The position numbers and the translations under genes are program-made. Below the pieces are notes generated by a model. The model was not told the origin of the DNA. It searched no databases and was given only the letters and a program-made list of their open reading frames with translations. This document shows, piece by piece, positions 1-14,304 of a DNA stretch of 64,000 bases. Each line of letters begins with the position of its first letter. Positions within the stretch are counted from its first letter, which is position 1. The DNA is from Eledone cirrhosa (taxonomy: Eukaryota). The stretch lies in NCBI GenBank assembly GCA_964016885.1, contig OZ024753.1, positions 33,356,001 to 33,420,000 on the forward strand. The letters run 5' to 3'.

Positions 1-1209
1 TTGTCCTGAAGTAACTTGAAAATCCAAGTAATTACAACAATTTTGAGGATGCTTTAAAAAAATAAAATTACAACAATGTTAAACTGAATATGATGTCAAG
101 CAAGTCTCAGATGGGAAGAAGTTTTTATTATTCAGACTAGAAATTAATTTAACTGCATAAATCTCCAAGTGTTAATCTAATGATACAATGAAGGTATTTT
201 AAACTAAGAACTACCAATAAATAAAATAGAATTTTTGCAGACAAAATGTAAACATGCTAACGTTGGAACAAGAAATGTCAATGATTCTGGCAGAATATAT
301 TCTTGAAGAAATTTACATAAAACATATTTTGATTTATAAATTTGGTTTGTTTTCCAATTTTTTCTCCAACAATGATTGCTTTCTAGTTTAATTTGTGTAG
401 AAAATAGTAAAAGTAAATTTATCACACACACATGTATGAAAATATGCATGTCTGTATAATTCAGATTTACAAATACGCATCTTCTTGTATGTATGTGTTT
501 GTTTTTATGCATTATGTATGGCTATGTAGATATGTAAAATGTAAAGAAATAAAATAATTGTTATGGATCCTGTAAATTATTATTATTATGGTAAATAAAG
601 AAATTACTATTATTAGTATTATCATTATTATTATGGTAAATAAAAAAATTACTATTATTATTATTATTATTATGGTAAATAAAAAAATTACTATTATTAT
701 TATTATTATTATTAGCATTATTAGTGTCATCGCTGTTGTTGTTGTTAAAAACTATCTATCATAAACATATATATCCATTTGACAACTGCCAAAAGAAACA
801 AACATTAAAAGTTTTTTAAAAGATGTAAACTTAAAGTGTTTAGATAATTCAATATCATTAAAAAAATGTCTACTGTCTTCTGTAAGAATTACTGTCTCCT
901 ATATTAACTATAATTCTACACCATCCTAATGGAAGTAAGAATATAGTCTAGGGCAATACAATATAAATAAAACTCATCATCATCATCCACTTTCCATGCT
1001 GGCATGGAATAGATAAGTCATCAAGATCTGAAACTAGAAGAAGCAGCCAACCATGTCTGGCTTGTATATTCTATTGTTGGCATGGTTTCTATAGCTGGAT
1101 GCCCTTCATATAGCCAAAATGTACACTATTCCAACAGCAGCACTACTACATTACAAACTGTACTGGATGCATCATGGCAGCAGCACTAATGCATTATTCA
1201 AGGTACTGA

Positions 1210-1391
1210 GGCAGTGGATTGGCAGTATCAGTAGAGGGTCGCACACCATGCTTTGCAACATTGAGTTACGGCCCTAGTTCATATCTTGCCGAGGTAAACT
1301 TTACCTTTCATCCTTACAGGGTTGATAAAATAAAGTACCAGTAATGCACTGGGATAATTGCTGGCATTGTGACAAAAGTAGAAACAACTAT
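1210..1391 (+). mobile_element. tRNA-derived SINE with Nin/Deu-like core (family A)
   Basis: GGCAGTGGATTGGCAGTATCAGTAGAG head, then CTTTCATCCTTACAGGGTTGATAAAATAAAGTACCAGT core and GTAGAAACAA tail; closely similar copies occur throughout the window. Confidence 0.8.
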
Positions 1392-2539
1392 TTGTTTCCA
1401 TCTACAGAATTTCTCATAATTCAATACTATACTACAGTAGAAGACACTTGTTTGATACACCATGCAGTTGAATCAACCTAGGAAACACTTGCTTCTGTGA
1501 TACCAGACTGCAATGTCAATATCTATATATATAGTTTTAGCTGCAAATATTCAAAGTTTCAGGCTAAAACTCTGAATAGGATGTAAAAACACAGAATGTT
1601 TCACTATATAGCATTAATGTATTTTTTCCATTGTGACTTTCTGTACTGAAATTGTGTCTTTAGTGAGATATTGCCATTTATTCATTGTAGGTCTATGAGT
1701 CTATATATTGAAGTTGTGTCATGATGTGATGAAATATTCTTTAAAATTTATCTTTATGCCCATTTATGATAAATAAATTTCACAATGCTTTAAACTAATA
1801 AAATATTTTATCTACACACACATTCTTTGAATTACAACACCCTGTCATATAACAGAGCCTTAGGCATAGCTATGAAAAGTATTTACACTGAATTAAAATA
1901 TGTGTATGTATATATATATACATATATATATCTTTATATATTATTTTTTGTATGTATGTGCAAAATACAAACATATGACCTTCAATGTTTATTATACTTG
2001 TTGTCTCTCGCTCTCTCTTTCAATCTATAGAGAGAGAGAGATATGTTATAAACATCGTTGTTTTAATGTCCATTTTCTATGGCAGCAGATTTGATTGTCT
2101 GTATGTAAGTCCCTATGCATGTATTTGTATGTGTGTCTGCAAATATATATATATATATATACAGACACACATACACACAAATATATATATATCCACACAA
2201 ATATCTACATTATAATCATATTTTTCAAGTTGGTAAGAATTCAATAATTTATCTATTGACTTTACTATTTGTTGTAAATATTTCACTCTTTGATGCTGTT
2301 CCAATTTATCGACCATTTCTTTCATCTATTTTTCACTGATGTAAACTCACAGTAGCATATCTTGCTTAAGGATAATAATATTAATAATAATGATAATAAT
2401 GATGATGAATTCATTTTCATAATGTTTATTTCATATGTTAAAAAGAAATTCATTAAAAATGAGGTAAAAACCAACCAACCAAATTCAGAAATGTCATAAA
2501 ATATATCAATGTCTCTAGTTTGTAGTGTTGAATAGCTAT

Positions 2540-2675
2540 AAATATATATATATATATATGTGTAGATATATGTATGTAGATATATATATGTATATATATA
2601 TGTGTGTATATGTACGTATATATATCTTTATATGTATGTATATGTACGTGTATATATATATGTATGTATATGTAC

Positions 2676-2707
<32 letters not shown>

Positions 2708-2945
2708 GTATGTATATGTTTATATATATATATGTATGTATATGTTTATATATATATATGTATATGTGTGTATGTATATATATATGTATATATATGTATA
2801 TGTTTATATATATGTATATGTGTGTATGTATGTATATATACAGTATATGTATATGTTTATATATAAGTATATGTGTGTATGTATGTATATATATATGTAT
2901 ATAAATATATACACACATGCACACATATATATATATATATATACA
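2540..2945. repeat. (TA)n/(TATG)n compound microsatellite
   Basis: Directly visible low-complexity tract. Confidence 0.95.
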
Positions 2946-3239
2946 TTTGATGTTATTCATGTCTTTTATATTTCATTTGATATTTTGAGTTATTTAATGT
3001 ATTGTAATGTTGTAATGTGTTGAGATGCTTCATTAGGGATTACCGAAATATATAAGCTTGTGTTGGAGAATATAATAGTTGCAATATATAGACTCTTCCA
3101 TCTGATACATTACTTTTGTTCAATCTCCATAATTCCTAACGACGAGTGCTCTTTAAATTAATGTGTAAGTGGCTGAGCATTCCACAGATACATACACTCT
3201 TAAGTCTGACACAATGTGTGACAAAGCTAGCTCCTATGA

Positions 3240-3380
3240 ATTACCGGTATAACTTATTTTTGTCAGCTAGTGGACTGAAGTAATGTGAAATACAATATCT
3301 TGCTCAAGGACACAATACACTGGCCAGTCTGGGAATCAAATTCAAGACCTTACGATTGTTGGCTCAGCATTCTAACCATG
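3240..3380 (-). mobile_element. tRNA-derived SINE with CORE-like domain (family B), degenerate
   Basis: The reverse complement reads GGTTAGAATGCTG...TTGAATTTGATTCCCAGACTGGCCAGTGTATTGTGTCCTTGAGCAAGAT, matching 51768-51911. Confidence 0.6.
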
Positions 3381-3583
3381 CCCCAAACATTTTCTCACCT
3401 AAATACAGGAATGAATGAAAGGATCCCAGATCTCAATCACTTACTAAATGGGGCGAAACTCATCAGATCAGACCAAGGAAAGAATGTTTCCATTGGTCTT
3501 TCCAATTGCTGATAATATCTCTCAGTCAGAACTTGATAAACAGACAGATTTAATGCATGTGAAGTAACAAGACAACATCAAAG

Positions 3584-3790
3584 ACTTTACTGTGAGTCAT
3601 TGAGTGTGGAGGACTCTACTCCAAGTCCTTGTGTACAAAAGACTGTAGTCTCTACTTTGAATTAATGAGTGTTGAAGTCTTTACTCTATGTTACTGAGTA
3701 TGGAAGATTGCAGTCTGAATCACTGTGTATGGAAGACTGTACTCTGAATCACTTGGTGTTGAAGTCACTATTCAGAGTCATTGAGTGTGG
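3584..3790. repeat. degenerate ~29-bp tandem repeat, about 7 units
   Basis: Recurring ACT(G/C)TACTCTGAATCACTGAGTGTGGAAG-like units. Confidence 0.7.
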
Positions 3791-4040
3791 TATTTCAACA
3801 AAGAATGTATAGAGACTGAACAGATACCAGAAAGTGTCTCATATGACACTAACAGTCTCGTTAATCCACTGCCTTGGACTGGTACTTTATTCATCCACCT
3901 TGAAGGGCCAAAAGTCAATGCTGACTTCAACAGTATTTGAAAACAGCATAATTAGTTGGAACAAATTCCATAAGACATATCATGTGATGCTTTAACAACT
4001 CTGTGAATTCACCACTTAACTTGCAACAAAATAGACTTCA

Positions 4041-4280
4041 TTAACCTTTTAGATAGCAAACCACCGGTTGTATGATTCAAAGCTGCTTGTTTTAAAGTGT
4101 TCATGTGCAAATTTGAAGTTTCCACCGTGACTTTATATAAAGTTGTGTTAATTTATGCTCCAAATATCAGTTTAAAATTAATACTGAGAGTTATATTAGT
4201 TAATCTCTCTAAATTCTTGATTAATTTCAAAATTAATTGAAAATCATTGACAGTATTTCATTAGAAATATAACAAAAATA
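4041..4280 (+). mobile_element. TTAA/CCC-ended MITE (piggyBac-like), degenerate
   Basis: Begins TTAACCTTTTAGATAGCAAACCACC; interior is shared with copies at 11843, 13201 and 26001. Confidence 0.5.
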
Positions 4281-4821
4281 TAGACAAAATCAGAATGACA
4301 TAATGTGACATAAAACTGGACCTCTGAATGACTCTGCTTATAATTTTCTAAATTAATTGAAAATCTTCAGCAAAGTCTTTCATTATATACATGCTAATGG
4401 AAGAATTAAAGTCACTCAAAATTCAAGTGGTTATTGGTGCCAATATTTGATGAGATGGCTACAGGAAACATATTTCATTAATTTCTGTTCATTCTTGAAG
4501 AAATGCAGTTATACAAAAGTAAATGGCCACAAAATTACTTCCATAACCTAATTCATTAGTAACAAGAAAAAGAAATATTACTTAGAGGAAACATGCAGAT
4601 TTTGCAACAGCTGCCTGTTAATATTTACTCTTTGATATGACAACAATTGTATATGGAACCTAACGGACTTTATTAACAATACTCATAATTAGTTCTGTTA
4701 TAAACAAAAATATATTAGATCTTTTATGCTAGTAGGCATATTTATTTAATTGTAATGTACCAAATGTTTCACTAATATTTCTTGTATAGAAAGTTATACA
4801 GAAAATCAAACCCATTGTTTA

Positions 4822-4860
<39 letters not shown>

Positions 4861-4976
4861 GTATGTGTATATGTACATATATATAAATATGTATTGGTGT
4901 GCATGTGTGTATGTATATATGTATAAGCAATGGGTTTGAGTTTCTCTATAACTCTGGAAACAAGAAATATTATTGA

Positions 4977-5013
<37 letters not shown>

Positions 5014-6451
5014 TAATTGTAAGAACCTTTGTTAAGTTGTGCTCCAAACATGAGGTTAATAACGCGAAAGTTATTTTACAAAACCCTTCCAAATTCTTGC
5101 TTCTCTTCAAAATTCACAGGCAGTATCTTTTGTTAGAAATATGTAATAACAAAAATACTCAAGTGTAATGCTCAATCAGAATCAGCATGACATAGTGTGT
5201 GACAAATTGGATCTTTGAATTACAGGTACATTGATCTCAAGGATTGGATTGACCTGAAGCTCGGGAAAACGATGTTATGCAGCGAGATGTTAGGCCCAAG
5301 ATGTCATGTAGAGGGATTGAACCAAGGGTCTCATGATTGTGAACCAAACTCCTTCACCACCCAGCCATGCTTGTGTGCATTTTGATGTACTACTATGTAA
5401 AAAAAAATCTAATACTCAGACGTTTTCTGTGACACATGTAAAAATTTCATCATCATCGCCATTATCATCATCATTGTTTTTATGTCTGCTTTTTCATGCT
5501 GGCATGGGTTAGGCAAGACTATTTTCATTCTTTATATTTTATTCCCCTCAAAGTGAATTGGCCATTATCCAAATGTGACATAAGTTTCACTTATTTTATC
5601 TTTGAACAATAGTTAGTTACGTATATTTTTTCTTATAATCTTACTGAAATAAATGCACTTGCTCACACAAACACTCACATATTCAACTATACACATACAC
5701 AGCCATACTTCATTTTGCAGTTTACCTTACAGGAATGAATGTATTCACATACATATAAACATAATCACCAACACACACACACACACAGACAGACAGATGC
5801 ACATATGCAATGATATTCACATACACACAAGCACATCCACAAACATACATATATTCAACCAAACATCGGCTTACTGCTTTGCAGTTTACCTTACAGGAAG
5901 GAATGTATTTACATACAAACACAATAACCAGACTGACACATATACATGCAATCATATATATGCACACACATCCACAAACATACATACATACATATCTACA
6001 CACACTCTCACATATTCAATCATATACGTACAGAGGATATTTTTCAATAGTCTATTTTACATAACTAAATGCACTTACATATATACGTATACACATGTAC
6101 ATAGACGGGTAGTGCTATCTAATGACATCAGCTTCAGTCCTGTGGGTGGTGTGAATGGATATGGATTGTCACCAGTCATTGTTTATTTATTAAAATTCTA
6201 TATATCTGTTGCATGTTTTTAGTTAAAAATAGGTGCATTTTACTCTGTTGTGTTGTATGAAGCAACTAAATGGGTTAGCGTCAGGAACGGCAATCATCCA
6301 TAAAATATTGCTTCAAAAAGTATTCCATGAGGAATTTGTAGCCTAGCATAGAGTCTTCAAGGTGAAAACTTTCTTTAGCAAGGAGAATGGCCTTAAATGT
6401 CTTGTATATTTCTCAGTCACCTTAGATCTTGCAGCACTATTTAGAGTATGC

Positions 6452-6491
6452 TTCGCTGATGAGATTTAATAAGACTGAAATATATCCAGAA
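6452..6491 (+). ncRNA. minimal type I hammerhead ribozyme motif (partly decayed)
   Basis: TTCG-CTGATGA-GATTTAATAAGACT-GAAA-TATA-TC-CAGAA: conserved core, palindromic 4-nt stem III, UC cleavage site; stems I and II are imperfect. Confidence 0.6.
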
Positions 6492-7244
6492 TTGTTACCA
6501 TAGTTCCAAAAATCTGCCTCACTCCCTACTATTCTAATTTTGATTGATTTAAATTGATTCAAATTGCAGTCATCTCTTCTGCCTTTCTTTACTATTAATC
6601 ATCTAGATAATTATTTCTTTTCTCTTCACCAAGGAGGTAATTTTAAATATTTAAATTTTCTACTTGCTACATTAACTGTGTTAGCTCTGACTTCACTATT
6701 TGTTTTATAAGCAACGTGCATCCTTCAGAATATCTTCCACCTACCAGTCATTCATATCTATCAGTATGTTTGTCTTCTACACATCTCTTTCAATCTTTTA
6801 TATTGGTTTTTAAACTTAAGTAGAAAACTGAGCCTCAAACGAATTACTAACATTTTTTTCTGACACAACAAACTAAAAATAATAATAATACATTTCTCAC
6901 ATTCCAATTATGTTTGTCCACTTGGACAAAACAAAAAAAATATTATATGGAAATAACATTAATAATTATAACACTTGAAATAATAATCTAAAATATTTTC
7001 AGCATTCCACAAATATGATTTTTGTCCCCTAGGAAAAAAACTAAAAATTTGTATGAAAATACTATTTCTACTTATAAGTTTTATTCATTTATACATTTAT
7101 TTATATTTGTTGTATATCTTTGGTATTTTTTTTATTTGAAATCTTGGGAAGTAACTAATATTGCAGCATTTTAAGTGAGTATTTTTGATTTTCAATTAAA
7201 ACACATATGCCCTAGCTGTAGGCCACTTATTTATTGTTAACTAA

Positions 7245-7490
7245 CTTTACAATTTTGATATCAAATCCCCTGAATCCAATCCTGGTTCTATGATACAAAA
7301 TTGTTTATATTTATCTAAAAACCTTCCATCGTAATTTTATGTAAAAATCTTTTTAAAGACATGTTCCAAACATCAATTTAATATTGTCAAAATTATTATT
7401 ACTAAACCCCTCGAAACAGTCAATTATTTTCAAAGTTATTTAAAAATCATTGGCAGAGTTATTTAAAAATATGTTAATGAAAAGGTTGAT
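7245..7490 (+). mobile_element. TTAA/CCC-ended MITE, degenerate
   Basis: GGTTCTATGATACAAAA...AAAACCTTCCATCGTAATTTTATGTAAAAA interior is shared with 26001-26240; ends AAAAGGTTGA. Confidence 0.5.
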
Positions 7491-8951
7491 CAGAAATGTT
7501 TCACCACACTACTGTAACTTTATCAATGCTATTTCAATCGTCGGATCATTGACAATATCAGATGTGTGATGAAAAAACAGTTCTATATCATAAATCTAGG
7601 GACAGTTTTAGGTGGTTTGGTACCAACATTGTTAAACCAGATGATGGATTTTGTCTACTACCCAATTAGACCATGGCAGAATTTGAACTCCACATCTCAT
7701 CTGATGCACTAATGATTCCTTTAGTTCACCCTGGACTGGGACTTTATGAACCCTAGTAGGATTTAAATTCAGAAAGCAGGAATCCAAAATAAATATTTAA
7801 TGCAAGTCATTTCATCAGATGCTCTTGCAAATCTGCCAATTTAAAACTTATGTTAGATTTAGATTTAGAACTAGATAGAGACTGGTAGGTACAGAATCAA
7901 CAAAGGAGCTTCTACATATTGATTGACCCGCTAGAAATAGTAGCCAAATCTAACTTGAATCACACATTGATATTTTAAATAAAATGCACTAGACTTTGCA
8001 ATACACACACACATGCACGCACCACACACACACACAAATTAAAACAGGATGGTTATAGGACTGGAATGACTTCGCTTATAAGTTATATGATGAAAAATGA
8101 TCTAAGGCTAAAACAACTACAACAACAAAAGAGATAGAGAAATTTCTGAGAAAAAGAAAAAAAGAACAATATAAAGGAAACCATATTAATATATTCACAA
8201 AACGAGCTGACATTTTGCAGAATGTCCGCTAACCAACTGAACTAAAAATAAAAATTTCTATAAATTTCATTTCTGCTATAACTTCTTATATTAAAATTTT
8301 CCAAACATTTTCTTCACATGATTTACATTTGACATTTTGAATTGTATTTTCTTAGAAAAGTATTTCTTTAAAATAATTCAATGGATTAAAGTTATTAACA
8401 TCTTATTTTATTTTTTTTTTTTATGTTTCATGATTATTATATTTTTGGAAAAAAAAATGCCTTTTGTTTAATTTATTTTCTGATTGGAAAAGACATAATA
8501 TCATTTGAATAAAAAATTTCATGATATAATTTATGTGATATAATTTATATCCACAAAGAACTTTTATATGTTTTTTTAATGAGTTGTGACCAGTAGATAG
8601 TATCACGAAAAGAAAGTCCAATGGGAAGATTTCTTCTCTGGCCCAATTTGATTAATTCTACCTAACTGAACATGGCAAACTGACAATGTACTTGTTGCTC
8701 TCTGATAGGTTTCTTTTTTAACACTTAACAGTGAAAACATTTGGTGTCCTGGTCGCTTAAACCACCTCCCTACTCACTTTGATTCAAAATGGAGATGGCC
8801 AGCACTAAGGAGCAACTCACTACAATGGCGAAGCAACTCACTACAATGGTCTAGCTCCTTCAATGTATCTCCCTTGCCAATCTCTAGGGTAATGCATTTG
8901 TCATTTTGTCTGATGATACCATAAAACATTTACATGAGAGGTGTCAAATCA

Positions 8952-9133
8952 TGGCAGTATCAGTAGAGGGTTGAACGCCATGCTTTGCAGCATAGAGTTA
9001 CGGCCCTTTATGATCCGAGTTCAAATCCCACCGAGGTTAACTTTGCCTTTCATCCTTACGGGGTCGATAAAATAAAGTACCAGTAATGTACTGAGATAAT
9101 TTTCGGCCTTGTGCCAAAAGTAGAAACAATTAT
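8952..9133 (+). mobile_element. SINE family A
   Basis: GAGTTCAAATCCC B-box followed by the CTTTGCCTTTCATCCTTACGGGGTCGATAAAATAAAGTACCAGT core. Confidence 0.85.
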
Positions 9134-9195
9134 TTTCCATGCTGGCAATGTTTTACTGCCATTTATTTCTTGCTTATGGCATGCAGGGATAGAGT

Positions 9196-9310
9196 GTTTA
9201 GAATAGATACACTATTGATACACACACAGTTTAGAATAGATACACTATTGATACACACACAGTTTAGAATAGATACACTATTGATACACACACAGTTTAG
9301 AATAGATACA
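9196..9310. repeat. perfect 33-bp tandem repeat, 3.5 copies
   Basis: GTTTAGAATAGATACACTATTGATACACACACA repeated. Confidence 0.95.
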
Positions 9311-11842
9311 GCATGTATCTGCATGTTGTAAGAGACAACTAAGGGGGGGTTGGCACCAGAAAAGGTATCAGGCTGTAAAACATTGCCTCAAAAAGAAATC
9401 CATGATGATTATAAAACTTGACATGGAGTCCGTATGACTAATCCTTGCTTTAGTAAGGAAAATAACCATAATATGCTTGTTGTTATTGTTATTGATGCTG
9501 TAATTTCTTTTGTTTATTAAAACCAGAAACTATTTCTTTTCAACTATAGATGACAGAGTAATCCAATCTTAATGGTTTTAATGTAATAATGAAGAACTCA
9601 TCTTTAAATTTTTGTGAGAATTTTCCTGAAATATCTTTCCTTAATCTTAATTATTGTTTACCTCAGGGTATGGCTTAGTTACCAATAGAAGAAGGTTTGT
9701 GAGAGATTTATTGTATTTAGATAGAAACACAGTAACAAAGAAAACCACAACTTATCAACATTAATTTAATTATAAATTGATTGGCTATTTCTGAGAACAC
9801 AATTGATAGGATACAGCAAGAATGCAAGAACATTCTGGAGTAAAACAAAATTATAAAAAAGATACCAACATTTTATTGATGTATTCATCATTTATTTTCT
9901 GACTTGAATTATTTTTCATCATAAATTTTTATCTCAAGCTTCAATCTAAAGTCATATCATTTCCTTTTATACACTACTACTAATCCAGTTAACCTTCTTC
10001 TCATCATATCCTCTAAATAACATGCTTCTTCACAAACTAATGTAAGAACTGCCATTTAGTCACTCAGCCTGCTGGAAATAGTAGCTTTAACACCCCCAAA
10101 CAACATTCTATAGTCTTGAGAAAGAATGTGATCATTGAATAATATACATCTAGATACACTATTACACATCTTCGTGTAAAAACATCAGTGAATATACTAC
10201 TTCAAAAGCTATATAGTTGCTTAAAATAGAAGTTATAATACATTTAATCCACACTGTTGTCTTAAAAAGGGAAAGACAACCAATAATGTACAAGACACAT
10301 TACTAAATCCCATTTCATAACCTCATCAAAAGAATCCTGGAGTTTATGTTATGTGAATGTGTTTGATGTGTATACATGAGTGTGTATAAGCTTGGTGTTT
10401 ATGTTGTGTTGGTGTATATGTCTAGCATTTAGGTTGTGTGTATGTGAGTGTGGATGTATATGTCTGGTATTTATGTTGTGTGTCTGAATTCATCTGATGT
10501 TTATGCTGTTGTTGTGTGTGTGTGTGTCTGCGTGGGCGTATAGTTCTAGTGTTTCCGATGCTATGTAGATAAATATCTCCCTGGATAGTTCAGTGGGCTA
10601 TCTCAGACAACATTCCCAGTTGATCTGATAGTAAATATTCCTGACAGGCAAACTGAACGAATGTGAAATGAAGTTTACTGCACAGATAAGCTACAAAATA
10701 TCGGTAGTGAAATTAAATTCAGTTATATCTCTTGTAATATTCATTCACCCAGTCAAAACTGTGCTGGTTATTTTAAAGTATTTATATTTATCTAGAAACC
10801 TTCCATCATAATATAATATTTAATGAAAAAACCTTTGTTAGGTTATGTTATGTCTCAAATACCAGATTAATAATGAGAAAGTTAGTTATATTTTTAAATC
10901 CCTATAAATTCATGATTTTTAAAATGACTTGAAAATCACAGGCACTGTATTTCATTAAAAATATGGAAAGAAAAGAATTAATAGTACATCCTTTCTACAT
11001 TCCAGCCCCCCCCCCCCCCCCCTACTTCCAGCCATTATACCCTGGCAAGAAAAAACCCATATCCTTAGTATTTCATCTTCTAACCAAACTAAAATGAGTT
11101 ATTACAAAAAATAAATGGATAAATAAATAATGATATAGGGAGATTTATTAAAGTAGAACATAAAAATATGAATTGAATTAAGGCAAATAGAAAACAACAC
11201 AAAATATTTTACTGAACTAAAAAGAAAAATCAAATATTTATAAAAATTTTAGATACTTGCTTTTCTTTTGAACATTTTTTTTCCTAATTGGAATTTTTAG
11301 CACACAGTATTAAAAATATTAAGATATACTCAAGATCAATGAAGTAATTACACAATTTGATTCTGTTTTTGAAATCAATATTTTTTTTATAATGGATTTC
11401 TCAAGCAAAAATCCTTGCTGTACTGCCACTATTAAATTACATGTTAATAGCATGCATACATTTTTGCATATTTAGTACATTTTTGCATATTTAGTACATT
11501 TATACATTTTTGCATAATTTAGTAATATTTTGGGTATTAAGTACATTTTACATAATTACTGTTTAGTAACTTCTAAAGGACATATAAAATTGTTCTTTTC
11601 TCTCAATTGTGTTCTCTTAACATATTTGTTAAGGGATATTTTACATGAAATATCAGGACTAATTGAATATTTCAATATCTTTGTTATTGTTATTATTGAT
11701 ATTTAATGTTTGATCTACACAACTATAGCCTTCTATAAACACCTATAAATTGTTAACTTAGGTTGTTGAATCCATAAATATTGATTTTATCTGAGACAAA
11801 TTTTAATATGAAATATGAAATAAAAGACAAACAAACTTTCAT

Positions 11843-12193
11843 TTAACCCTTTCGATACCAATCCACCTGTAATGACCTCTATAAAACTCCTCGTTTTATA
11901 TTAAAAGTTTCTAATATAAGTTTATTCAACCTTTTAATTACTTCATTTGTAATGAAAAACACTGCCTACGATTTTCAAAATATTTTTCAAATAAACAGGA
12001 ATTTGGAAGGGTTGTATAATATAAGTAACTTTCTATTTATTAGGCTGGTGTTTGGGACATAAAATTGAATACATTTCCTTACATAAAATTATAATGAAAT
12101 ATGTTTATAGATAAATATAAAAACTTTAAAATAAACAGTTGTGTATCTTAGAATCAGGAACGGTTTCAGACAGTTTTGTATCATAAAGAATAA
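11843..12193. mobile_element. piggyBac-like MITE
   Basis: Left end TTAA-CCCTTTCGATACCAATCCACCTG; right end CAGACAGTTTTGTATCATAAAGAATAA is an imperfect inverted copy. Confidence 0.6.
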
Positions 12194-13200
12194 TAAATGA
12201 AAAATGTTATTTAGGATACTAAATTCTTCCAAATTAAAAATTATTATCTACTTGTAATGAAACAGCTTCAACTAGGTGATAAGACTATGTTGCAGAATCA
12301 GTTTTACTGCCATCTCTTCTTTGGCCATCATGGATATCAAGATTATTGATTTCTTTCTTTGCCAAAACATTTCAGATTTATTGCAGAAGTGAAATAAAAT
12401 TGTTTGTGTGACCTTTCTACATTTAACAAATACATTAAGGTAAATAAGTGGTGAGATATATGTGACTGTAAACAGGCAGTGATATGATAACTTCAACAAT
12501 TTTGTTCACCATCAGTTTTAAAAATCTATGTTGCTTGCAGTCATACAGTGTGTGTGTGTGTATGTATATATATATATATGTGTGTGTGTATATGTATATA
12601 CCTATGTATAAAAACACACACACATGTACATGTGTATAATGTACATATATATATATAAAAAATGTAAAAATTTAGTTTTCAAAATGCAAGTCTGAAGTGG
12701 AAAAATACATGTTTATGAGTAGGCTGTTGAAGATGGTGCGAAGCTTAGAAAAACTGAATAAATATTTTTGCATGATAATCTCACCACTAAAATCTCCAGT
12801 CTTTTAATACATAGTTTTTATGGCTTGAATAATTAAATCTCACTTTTATATTTGATAGCATCTAAATCTTATGCAAATCATAAATATTTTATTGTATGGT
12901 TCTGGAAACATTTTAGTGCATCTTATCTGTGTAAATTCTTAGTTGATTAGATTCAAGTACCTATTATTTTCTGAATAATTTAAAATGTTATCTTATGTAA
13001 TTTTCATTAATGACAAGTGGCTTCGGGTAAAATCTGTTAATATAAAGTTAATGATGTTCATTACATTCAAAATGTTTGTGGTCATATTAGGTGGAAAGAT
13101 CAGGGTATTTGTCACGGCAAAAGCATGCAGGTAGGGAAGTCATTAGTGTTTCTAATGATTTTGTCTCATCTGTAAAATAAAATAAAATATAACCTTTTTT

Positions 13201-13444
13201 TTTACCTTTTTGATATAAAACCACCTGAAACCAGCTTCTGGTTCTTTGATAGAAAAGCTGTTTATTTTAAAGTTATTTTTATATTTATCTAAAACATTCC
13301 ATAATAAATTTATATAAAAACCTTGTTTAAGTAATATTCCAAACACCAGCTTAAAGATGAGAAAATATTGTCAGTTATTTTCAAACTTATTTGAAAATCA
13401 CAGGCCATATGTTCCATTACAAATATAGTAGAGAAATGGTTAAA
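13201..13444 (+). mobile_element. piggyBac-like MITE, degenerate
   Basis: TTTACCTTTTTGATATAAAACCACCTGAAACC...AGAGAAATGGTTAA; same family as 11843. Confidence 0.55.
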
Positions 13445-14044
13445 GATCTGAAAAAATTAACATTACTTTTCCATGAAATTTTATATATTTTTCTGTTTCT
13501 GTTTAAGCAATGGTAAAATTTATCCAAACGTTTATTTATTGTAAATTAGGTGTGTTTCTATTTTTTACCAGAAAACCCTGGACATACTGTCTGGCTACAA
13601 AATTATATTTTCCTAATTTAAAGTAGATCTAGTTGACTAATTCTTTTACATGCAAAATAAAAGAGCTGTTGTGAGATTAAATAAAAGAAACTGTTTTCAT
13701 TGGTCGTCCCATTGCTGATACTATTTGCTGATTGCAGAGGTATCACTACTTATTCAGTGACCGAAGATGGGATTTCATCTCAGTATGGCCACTGTCAGCT
13801 AGCTGAAACATGTAAGAGCATACTTTCTGACACCTATTTATATGATTCCACCAATCCACCTTGAAAAGATGAAAAGCAAAGTTGACCTCAGGAGGATTTG
13901 AACTCAAAATGAAGAGAGCTGCAACAAATCCTAAAGTATTTAATTTAACACTAATGATTCTGCCCATTTACCACCTTTTTTTTATTATTTTTTAATATAT
14001 CTCTTGATGCTGGAAAAGCTAAGTCAATATAATCATCAAAGATG

Positions 14045-14304
14045 AACACTTTTGACACTAATACCAATACAAACCCTAGTTCTGTGATACAAAACTGTCC
14101 ATTTTTAAATGTTCATACTTATCTTTAAAAGCTCTATCATAATATTATTTTGTTTTAAATGTCTTAAGTAATGTTCGAAATATCTGTTTACTAATATAAA
14201 ATTAGTTATTTTATTACATTCCAGAAAATTTTGGATTATTTTCAAAATTAATTGAAACACATTGACAGTGTCTTTCTTAAGAAATATGGTTACAAAAGAG
14301 TTAA
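14045..14304 (+). mobile_element. piggyBac-like MITE, degenerate
   Basis: GTTCTGTGATACAAAACTG interior; ends GGTTACAAAAGAGTTAA. Confidence 0.45.

Noticed and set aside
2230-2339. Possible terminal coding exon (VGKNSIIYLLTLLFVV...) after TTTTTCAAG
   Set aside because: Short, no recognisable homology, and no partner exons were found.
3450-3475. GAAA next to CTCATCAG
   Set aside because: The two core halves lie on opposite strands and no consistent stems form.
12275-12440. Exon-like segment with AG/GT boundaries
   Set aside because: Stops in all three frames and only moderate splice signals.
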